The translations under genes and the position numbers were made by a program. Below are positions 9,165 to 15,231 of a stretch of DNA of 20,000 bases, piece after piece. The stretch is from an uncultured virus (IMG/VR IMGVR_UViG_3300005607_000414) (Duplodnaviria; Heunggongvirae; Uroviricota; Caudoviricetes), in the IMG/VR virus record IMGVR_UViG_3300005607_000414; one strand, given 5' to 3'. Position 1 is the stretch's first letter. The number at the start of each line of letters is the position of its first letter. Under the pieces are notes generated by a model. It saw only the letters and a list, made by a program, of their open reading frames with translations. It had not been told where the DNA came from and made no database searches.

Positions 9165-9701
9165 TTAGGCCGCAGTCTTCGGCTGGGCCTGGTTGACCAC
9201 GTTCGCAATCGACGTGGTGGCGGTGGCGAGCGCCTGGACGATCTGCTGCAACGTCGCCAGGACCGGCGTGATGGTGGCGTCCACCTGCTTGGCGACCGCC
9301 GCCGCGACAGCCTGCGCGTCCACGCCGACGCCAGCCGCGCTCACGTCCGTGGCGCGATTGGCGGGCACGGCGCCAGCCGTCAGGTTCGAACCCGCGCCGC
9401 GCGAGACGGGGTTCAACTCGTCGGTCCAGAGGGCATCGGCGGCAACGTCGGCGTGTTTGATGGCCTGCTTCGCCACCATGTTGCTCGTCTCCACGGCGTT
9501 CTGGAGCGCCTGGAGAGCGACGTTCTGGATCTGATCGAACTGAATCTGCGAACGGCGCGCGATCAGCAGATCGAGATCCTGGTAAGCGTCATACGTGCGC
9601 TTGGTGTTGGCTGCGGTGAGTTCGGAATGCGCTTTGAAAAACTCATCCGTTCCGGTTTCGAATTCACGCTCGCCCTGGTTGGGCGTGGCGACTTCAGGCA
9701 T
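9165..9701 (-). CDS. Hypothetical Ala/Gln/Thr-rich helical protein (178 aa)
   Basis: Strong GAAGGAG RBS; fits cleanly between the two MTase genes. Confidence 0.8.
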   Translation of the reverse strand: MPEVATPNQGEREFETGTDEFFKAHSELTAANTKRTYDAYQDLDLLIARRSQIQFDQIQNVALQALQNAVETSNMVAKQAIKHADVAADALWTDELNPVSRGAGSNLTAGAVPANRATDVSAAGVGVDAQAVAAAVAKQVDATITPVLATLQQIVQALATATTSIANVVNQAQPKTAA

Positions 9702-9803
9702 ACATTCTCTCCTTCGAAAGATGATTTAAGAACGCTCCCCAATCACGGTTCTCTCCGTTGCTATGGCTCGCTCGGACGGCTCGATGCCGCCGCTTTCATT
9801 GGC

Positions 9804-11342
9804 TTAGGAAGCCTTGCGCTTCCTGGGGCCGTAGTGTGGGTTTGGCCCGTGGTGCCTTATCGCCCGCGAGTCCTGGGCCTTCGCGTTGACGGCCTGCTCG
9901 ACCGGGATGCCTCGCGCCGCCGCAACCGACTGGAACGTGCCGGTGCTCCCGTCCCCGTCCACCAGCAACGGCGTCTCGCCGGTCAAATTCCAGATGCGCC
10001 GGAGGATCACATCGCAGTAGGCTGGCGACAGTTCGCAGCCACACCCGGTGCGCGCGAGAAGCGCCGCCGCCGCGATGGTGGTGCCGGACCCCATAAACGG
10101 ATCGAAGACCACGTCGCCCTCGTCACTGAACGCGAGGAGGAAGAACTCGACCAGCGCGCGGGGGAACGGAGCGGAGTGCGATCCCTGCGAGGATTCCGAC
10201 TTCACCTCGATCACATTGGACGGGCGCGCGACTCCCTTGTACCGGCCTTCGCTATCCGTGGCGTCTGCTTTGCCAGCCGCATCGCCACGCGCGCCCGTGC
10301 CCAGCAAGCCCGAGCCAGACTTCGACTTCGGGTTGTTGGGCGAGTAGTCGAAACAATCCTCGCTCTCGTGTCCGACCCGCTTGGGCCGGAATTTGATCTG
10401 CTGCTGGCGCGAGAAGTGGAAGATTGGCTCCCATGCGTTTTTGAAACGGTTGTTCCAACCGCCAGGCACGCCGTTGTCGGTCTTGCGCCAGCAGAACTCG
10501 TCAACAAACCGCCACTCCCACTGGCGGCGGTGTGCGATGACCAGATCCTTCACGTACAGGTTCCGCTCGCCCTCGTCGGCGTGCTCCTTGATGTTCAGAA
10601 GGTAGGAGCCATCGTCCGCGAGCACCGACCGGATGTTGGTCGCCACATCCTTGTACCAGGCCACGTACTCCTCCGGCCGGATCGGTTTGAACCCGCTGGA
10701 GGAGTCGTACTCCCGCTGCGTGGCGTACGGCGGTGAGGTGATGCAGACGTTCGGGCGCGCGTCGTCCAGGAGCTTCAGGACGACCGTGATGTCCCGGCAG
10801 TCTCCGCAGATCAAACGGTGCGGCCCGATGGTCCACAGGTCGCCAGCCCGAGTAACCGGGTTGACCGGAGCCTCCGGAACGTCCTCTTCCTCGTCCGGAG
10901 CGGACTGCGGTTCGTCGCCGGCCAGCAGATCCTCCAACTCGTCGTCGGAGAAGCCCACGAGCGCGAGGTCCACGCCGTCCGATTCGAGGTCGCGTAACTC
11001 CGCGGCAAGGACCTTCTCGTCCCACCCGGCGTTGAGCGCCAACTTGTTGTCCGCGATGATGTATGCGCGCCGTTGAGTCTCGGTGAGGTGATCCAGGACG
11101 ACAACCGGAACCTCACCGAGATTCAACTTGCGGGCAGCCAGGAGACGACCGTGGCCAGCGATGATCCCGGCGTTGGAGTCCACCAGGATAGGAGCGTTGA
11201 AACCGAATTCCGCGATCGACGCCGCGATTTGCGCCACTTGCGCATCGGAGTGCGTGCGCGCGTTCTTCGCGTACGGCACCAGCCGGTCGGTGGGCCAGAT
11301 CTCGATGCGCCGCGCCATCGCGGTCGTGATGGAAGTGCTCAT
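9804..11342 (-). CDS. ParB-like domain fused to beta-class DNA methyltransferase (SPPY, probably N4-cytosine)
   Basis: Likely start at 11342 (or 11318). ParB motifs PYAKNARTH and IIAGHGRL; MTase motifs ITSPPY, HSAPFP and FDPFMGSGTT. Confidence 0.92.
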   Translation of the reverse strand: MSTSITTAMARRIEIWPTDRLVPYAKNARTHSDAQVAQIAASIAEFGFNAPILVDSNAGIIAGHGRLLAARKLNLGEVPVVVLDHLTETQRRAYIIADNKLALNAGWDEKVLAAELRDLESDGVDLALVGFSDDELEDLLAGDEPQSAPDEEEDVPEAPVNPVTRAGDLWTIGPHRLICGDCRDITVVLKLLDDARPNVCITSPPYATQREYDSSSGFKPIRPEEYVAWYKDVATNIRSVLADDGSYLLNIKEHADEGERNLYVKDLVIAHRRQWEWRFVDEFCWRKTDNGVPGGWNNRFKNAWEPIFHFSRQQQIKFRPKRVGHESEDCFDYSPNNPKSKSGSGLLGTGARGDAAGKADATDSEGRYKGVARPSNVIEVKSESSQGSHSAPFPRALVEFFLLAFSDEGDVVFDPFMGSGTTIAAAALLARTGCGCELSPAYCDVILRRIWNLTGETPLLVDGDGSTGTFQSVAAARGIPVEQAVNAKAQDSRAIRHHGPNPHYGPRKRKAS

Positions 11343-11366
11343 GCTGGAGCCGAAGGCCGAAAGTGA

Positions 11367-11395
11367 TTGCAGTATTCGCTGATCGAGCGCACAAT
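11367..11395 (+). promoter_or_regulatory. Putative sigma70-type promoter
   Basis: TTGCAG-N17-CACAAT, ending 10 nt before ATG 11406. Confidence 0.45.
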
Positions 11396-11405
11396 CAAAA
11401 TCACA

Positions 11406-11648
11406 ATGGCAAGAAGCAACCACATCTCCGTCGAGATCGAGGCGAAGTTTGGCAGCACTTTTCAGGAAGAAGTGGCGATGCGCATGCTGCCCAAGTACAT
11501 CAACGCCTGGAAAGCGTTCTTCCTGGAAAAGCACTCCAAGAACGCCATCGAGTTCCGAATCACGAACGTCGAGCACATCACGCCCATGAGAGAACCTGCG
11601 CCCCGGAACAGGCAACGGCGGTCCGATAGACTGCCGTGCTCCCGCTAA
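11406..11648 (+). CDS. Hypothetical protein (80 aa), antisense to the late operon
   Basis: MARSNHISVEIEAKFGSTFQEEV... with protein-like composition and a promoter just upstream. Confidence 0.6.
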   Translation: MARSNHISVEIEAKFGSTFQEEVAMRMLPKYINAWKAFFLEKHSKNAIEFRITNVEHITPMREPAPRNRQRRSDRLPCSR

Positions 11649-11784
11649 ACGCCGCCACGTCGCCCACATCTCGCCCCGTTCGCGCCGGAGCGCGGCAGGT
11701 GGAGGCGTTGGGCCAAGAGACGGGCGGCGGCGCAACGGGGCGCGCGGGGGCGCGAACGCCGCCAGCCGTACCCGACCACCTCAC

Positions 11785-11852
11785 TTTTTTTGTGACGCTG
11801 GCGAAATGGTGCAATCGCGGAACGCGCCGGAGATTTTGCCCCGGTAGTACCT
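11785..11852 (-). other. Candidate cos packaging site
   Basis: Minus strand AGGTACT-N21-CG-TTCCGCGATTGC-ACCATTTCGCCAG..AAAAAAA resembles lambda cosQ GGGTCCT-N21-CG-[12 nt end]-..TTTCGCTA..AAAA. Lies upstream of the MTase/terminase block. Confidence 0.45.
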
Positions 11853-12047
11853 AAAGTGGAGCGAGAATTGCATGGTCGGCCGGCGCTTCGCGTTCATTCT
11901 GACCGCTGTGGTGGTCGGTGAGTTGGGTGCGCCAACGCCACCGACCCGTTGCCGGATTGATGGCGTTGGCCTCTCGAAACAGTGGTTCAAATCCAGTCCT
12001 TGGATAGTCGCTCGGCTCGCATGGTTCTCTCAAGGACTGTGGCTCGC

Positions 12048-12305
12048 TCAACTGTTTGATAAGCCGCACGTGCAACGGAACAACTGGCAATCGCAGACTG
12101 GCAGTGGCGTGCGCTGCGGACCAGGGCCGTGCGTGAGCATGTGCTGGCGGTACGCCTTGCGCGTGCCGAACTCCTGCCCGCACGCGCCGCAGATATCGCC
12201 AGCCCACGGGCCGTCGTCGTCGTTCGAGGACTCAGCACGATCTGGAAACGACTCTTCGCTGTAATCGTCCTCAACGCAAGGCCCTGAAAGTGATTGGATC
12301 AACAC
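12048..12305 (-). CDS. Small protein with classical C2H2 zinc finger
   Basis: CGAC-GQEFGTRKAYRQ-HMLTH matches C-x2-C-x12-H-x3-H. Acidic N-terminus and a CDC..CTC tail; the start overlaps the upstream stop. Confidence 0.65.
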   Translation of the reverse strand: MLIQSLSGPCVEDDYSEESFPDRAESSNDDDGPWAGDICGACGQEFGTRKAYRQHMLTHGPGPQRTPLPVCDCQLFRCTCGLSNS

Positions 12306-12661
12306 GTCGCGTTCCCCGCCATGCAGTCCAGCAGAACGCGCAAAAAGATTGGGCGCGTCTCAGGCGGCGCGAGGTTGTACTCGCAACTCTGATCGGTCTT
12401 GATCCGATGACCCAAGGGCCTCAATGCCCAAGGCTGGTGGCCGTCGTTCAGTTCGTGCCTGTACGAATACGCTTGACCCATGTGGTCGCGCACCGTCGTA
12501 GGCTTCGGATCTCCGGGCCGCTTGTACATGATGGCTCGGGAGACGCGCCCCTTTTTGTGGCGCACAACCTTCGCCAAGCCGTCGCGTTCGAGTTTCAAAG
12601 CCCTGCGTAGCGGAACGAGGCCCTGGAATTCACAGTCGTAGGAATAGAGCGGAACCGTCAT
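12299..12661 (-). CDS. Hypothetical basic protein (120 aa), first gene after the putative late promoter
   Basis: GGGAG RBS before the ATG; coupled to the downstream gene. Confidence 0.75.
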   Translation of the reverse strand: MTVPLYSYDCEFQGLVPLRRALKLERDGLAKVVRHKKGRVSRAIMYKRPGDPKPTTVRDHMGQAYSYRHELNDGHQPWALRPLGHRIKTDQSCEYNLAPPETRPIFLRVLLDCMAGNATC

Positions 12662-12711
12662 GGTCGTCTCCCATGACGCTCAGCGCTGTGGTGCTTTCTG
12701 CGGGGTGGCTC

Positions 12712-12747
12712 TAAATGAAAATCGCCAGCAGCGACACCGCTACTGGC
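12712..12747 (-). terminator. Leader hairpin / possible attenuating terminator
   Basis: GCCAGTAGCG-GTGT-CGCTGCTGGC then GATTTTCATTT. Confidence 0.5.
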
Positions 12748-12809
12748 CGATCATGCGGGATTGAGTTTTTTTGTCGAGGTGTCCCGGCACCTCGTATTTG
12801 GCTGCTCTG

Positions 12810-12846
12810 ATTTTCTCAGAAACGTAAGCGCCGGTCAATGTTTTTT
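12810..12846 (-). promoter_or_regulatory. Putative late-operon sigma70 promoter
   Basis: An A7 tract, then TTGACC (12838-12833), a 17 nt spacer ending TGA, and GAAAAT (12815-12810). Confidence 0.55.
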
Positions 12847-12855
12847 ATGGTGGGA

Positions 12856-12932
12856 TGGTGGGCCCGACAGAACTCGAATCTGTGACCTTCTGCGTGTCAA
12901 GCAGACGCTCTAACCAACTGAGCTACGGGCCC
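12856..12932 (-). tRNA. tRNA-Val (GAC), CCA encoded
   Basis: GGGCCCG TA GCTC AGTTGGTTA GAGC G TCTGC TT-GAC-AC GCAGA AGGTC ACAGA TTCGAGT TCTGT CGGGCCC ACCA folds as a complete cloverleaf. Confidence 0.95.
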
Positions 12933-12941
12933 GCAAGACTC

Positions 12942-12971
12942 ATCGTACCAAACTTGAAGAGGACTGACCAA
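12942..12971 (-). promoter_or_regulatory. Putative tRNA promoter
   Basis: TTGGTC-N18-TACGAT with a TG extended -10, ending 9 nt upstream of the tRNA 5' end. Confidence 0.5.
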
Positions 12972-12985
12972 ACAGCATCGAGGAT

Positions 12986-13012
12986 AAAAAAAGCCGCCCG
13001 TCTCCGGGCGGC
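12986..13012 (-). terminator. Intrinsic terminator (GCCGCCC type)
   Basis: GCCGCCCG-GAGA-CGGGCGGC then TTTTTTT. Confidence 0.85.
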
Positions 13013-13052
13013 ATCAGTGGTCGGCGGCAAGTCCGCGATCTTGCGCGCCAGC

Positions 13053-13391
13053 CTATCGGCGGTTGACCGGCGTCTTCTCGTAATCCTCCAGCGTACGCGT
13101 CCCGTGGACTTCGGCGTCGTGCTTCTCAGCCCAGTTGGTGAGCTCGGCTGCGGATTTGAACATCCGGCGCCACGGCTTGTTGGCGAGGCCCTTCACTCCA
13201 TACGCCTCGATCTGGTTCAGCCTGATTACGGTCGCCGGAGCCAGATCCGACTCGCTGTAATAACCGGCGTGTTTGCCCCTGATCGCAATCGCGTAAAAGG
13301 AGCCAGAAGGAGCAACCTCCGTGACGACGCCACGCTCGCCCTGGTGCTCTCCGTACTCGATCAGAACTTTGTCGCCTTCCTGGTATGCCAT
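13053..13391 (-). CDS. KOW/SH3-like domain protein (112 aa)
   Basis: MAYQEGDKVLIEYGEHQGERGVVTEV is a KOW motif; AAGGAG RBS. Confidence 0.75.
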   Translation of the reverse strand: MAYQEGDKVLIEYGEHQGERGVVTEVAPSGSFYAIAIRGKHAGYYSESDLAPATVIRLNQIEAYGVKGLANKPWRRMFKSAAELTNWAEKHDAEVHGTRTLEDYEKTPVNRR

Positions 13392-13456
13392 CTGCCTATC
13401 TCCTTGCACCACGATTCATCACTCCGGTTGGCGGGAAAGGCAAGAAGATAAGCGCG
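13387..13456 (-). promoter_or_regulatory. Conserved promoter + RBS motif copy 3
   Basis: CGCGCTTATCTTCTTGCCT-N17-GATGAATCGTGGTGCAAGGAGATAGGCAGATGGC, 55/70 identical to copy 2 without gaps (manual count). Confidence 0.7.
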
Positions 13457-13721
13457 CCGATCACGATCTTTTTTCGCCAGCCACACGGCACGTGGGCGCG
13501 CCCACGCGTTGGCTGGCACCACACGTCCACCGGCCTGGCTCCGGCCAAACGTGCGCGCCCCCTGCGCGACGGGTGGCGCGTTTTTCCTTCGTCCATATAT
13601 AGGAGTCGGAAAATCTTGTCCTTGGCGCACGGCGTGGCGAAAGGACAGGACGGCGTCTGGAAACCCTCCCATAGCTACCATCTTCCCAACTCTGTGATTC
13701 TGGCTGGGTTATACTGGCGTA

Positions 13722-14040
13722 ACGTGGAGTCCACGTATGGAATGGTGACAGGCTGGTGGTTGGGCAGTGTGGACTCCAGTTGGACTCCACAGGGGTAGAC
13801 GACCACGCCTAAGTGATAGTAGAATATAGAGATAGTGGGTCGGGGCCTCTTCCTTGACACGTATAAAATATCAATCACTTACAGACACCCCTACTGAAAA
13901 CACAAGAGTTACACGTTTTCGATTTGGACCCCACACGGACCCCGGCATAGCGATTTAGGCCTCTTCCGTGCGCGTTTGGACCCCGGTTGGACCCCACGAC
14001 CATAGAGTTCTTCCGCGATACATAAGTGTTCCGGACCCCA
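13722..14040. repeat. Iteron-like (T/C)GGAC(C/T)CC(A/G) repeats around an AT-rich core
   Basis: Copies at 13770, 13781, 13925, 13936, 13977, 13988 and 14032, plus the palindrome ACGTGGA-G-TCCACGT at 13722-13736. Confidence 0.75.
13869..13881 (+). promoter_or_regulatory. IHF consensus site
   Basis: TATCAATCACTTA matches WATCAANNNNTTR in an AT-rich context. Confidence 0.5.
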
Positions 14041-14203
14041 TAATCTGATGTGGTCACAAACGTGCTTTCACGCGTGCGCGCGCGGTCGTACTCGCCTTCC
14101 AAAAACTTCTCATCTGTATGTCACAGGCAGAAGAGAAGTTTTTTGAACTCCTATATAGAGCAAGCGAAAAATCGGCTCCCGGCGACATGTGATACTGGGG
14201 AGC

Positions 14204-14620
14204 GTGAGACGGCGCATGATCAGCGTGGCGGTCAACGGCGCGGAGATGCTCCGGTTGGAGCGTGAGCGCGTGGCGGCGGGCGCGCGCAGCCTGCCGCAGT
14301 ATGTTCGCCATCGATGTGGCCTCCCGGCTGGCTTGGTGTCGAACGGCGTCGTGGCCGACGACCTCGGCGTGCGCCGGGCGCTCGAACGGCACGTGATCAG
14401 CTTCTACGTGACCGAGGAGGAGTACGCCGCCCTGCGTGACCAATCCAGCCTGCCCAACGGGCCGGGCATCACCGTGGCGCAGTACGCGCGGACGCGATGC
14501 GACCTGTCGGTGCGGTACGTCTCGAAGCCTGGCACGCAGGACCGCGTGCGCGAGGAGGACGAGGCGTGGGCGATCCTCAATGGGTTGGGGTTGTCTGCCG
14601 ACGATTACTTCGAGGACTGA
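14204..14620 (+). CDS. Tandem ribbon-helix-helix (MobC/NikA/CopG-like) DNA-binding protein
   Basis: Two similar units, RRMISVAVNGAEMLRLERERVAAGARSLPQYVRHRC and RHVISFYVTEEEYAALRDQS..GITVAQYARTRC. Start is GTG 14204 or ATG 14216. Confidence 0.65.
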   Translation: MRRRMISVAVNGAEMLRLERERVAAGARSLPQYVRHRCGLPAGLVSNGVVADDLGVRRALERHVISFYVTEEEYAALRDQSSLPNGPGITVAQYARTRCDLSVRYVSKPGTQDRVREEDEAWAILNGLGLSADDYFED

Positions 14621-14630
14621 TCACCGGCCT

Positions 14631-14810
14631 TCATAACCGCCGCCGCCGCGCCCGCCGTTCGAACCACCGCCATACGATAGCGACGCCGATCCCGATGGTC
14701 GTGCAAGCGGAGACGCGCGCCCCGAGCGACCACCCGTACTCGCTCATCCATTGGTTGGCGACCAGCGCGATGGCCAGCATGAGGGTGTACAGCCAGATGC
14801 TTGATCTCAT
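14631..14810 (-). CDS. Small two-TM membrane protein (59 aa)
   Basis: MRSSIWLYTLMLAIALVANQW..TTIGIGVAIVWRWFERRARRRRL; ATGA overlap with the upstream gene. Confidence 0.6.
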   Translation of the reverse strand: MRSSIWLYTLMLAIALVANQWMSEYGWSLGARVSACTTIGIGVAIVWRWFERRARRRRL

Positions 14811-15064
14811 AGTTTTCGGATCGCCTCCGTGATCTCCTCCTCGGGCACGTCCGGTCCCTGCGTCACGGTCGAAGTCAACGTCGCGCCGCAGATCCCGCAC
14901 TTGCACAGCGGGCAATCCGCCTCGATGGGGTGCTGGTATAACTCCGACGAGCCATCGGAGAGGCCCGCGTATAGCTCGGCCCACCGGCGATCCACGCCGA
15001 CGAACTTCAGATCGCTCGCGTGTCCGTTGGCGCAGGTGAACCTGATGATCCACTGCTCCATCAT
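14807..15064 (-). CDS. Hypothetical Cys/His Zn-binding protein
   Basis: CANGH...CPLCKCGIC; GAGGTG RBS and coupled overlaps at both ends. Confidence 0.65.
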   Translation of the reverse strand: MMEQWIIRFTCANGHASDLKFVGVDRRWAELYAGLSDGSSELYQHPIEADCPLCKCGICGATLTSTVTQGPDVPEEEITEAIRKL

Positions 15065-15231
15065 CCAATCACCTCATCCAACTCCTTATGCCAACCGTGT
15101 TTTGGCTCCTGGCGCCCGACCGCGCCGTACCACGCGCCGCAATCGCACCGCGCGATCAACGACATGATGCCCAACGGCACCTGCGCGCCGCAGTACGGGC
15201 ACGTGAGCACGTCCCACACGAGCTCGCTCAT
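15061..15231 (-). CDS. Small Zn-ribbon protein (56 aa, not in the ORF track)
   Basis: MSELVWDVLTCPYCGAQVPLGIMSLIARCDCGAWYG...EVIG*; ATGA overlaps at both ends. Confidence 0.65.
   Translation of the reverse strand: MSELVWDVLTCPYCGAQVPLGIMSLIARCDCGAWYGAVGRQEPKHGWHKELDEVIG

Noticed and set aside
8135..10736. Long + strand ORFs 8135-9196 and 8499-10736
   Set aside because: Antisense to well-supported MTase genes; no RBS or domain signal.
11343..11735. 131 aa N-terminal extension of the SPPY methyltransferase ORF
   Set aside because: The paralogous ParB domain starts near 11342. The extension is the antisense of the 11406-11648 gene and lacks a credible RBS.
12856..12932. tRNA as a prophage attachment boundary
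   Set aside because: Phage-type genes and the same cassette motif occur on both sides, and there is no integrase or long duplicated tRNA 3' end in the window.
12855..13451. 198 aa + strand ORF starting MVGPTELESVTFCVSSRRSNQLSY
   Set aside because: A typical spurious translation of a tRNA antisense strand plus the KOW gene antisense.
13722..14040. Repeats as a CRISPR array
   Set aside because: The units are only ~9 bp with irregular spacing, and there are no cas genes.
14631..14810. Two-TM protein as a holin
   Set aside because: The topology fits, but no endolysin is adjacent and it ends an accessory operon; left as a generic membrane protein.
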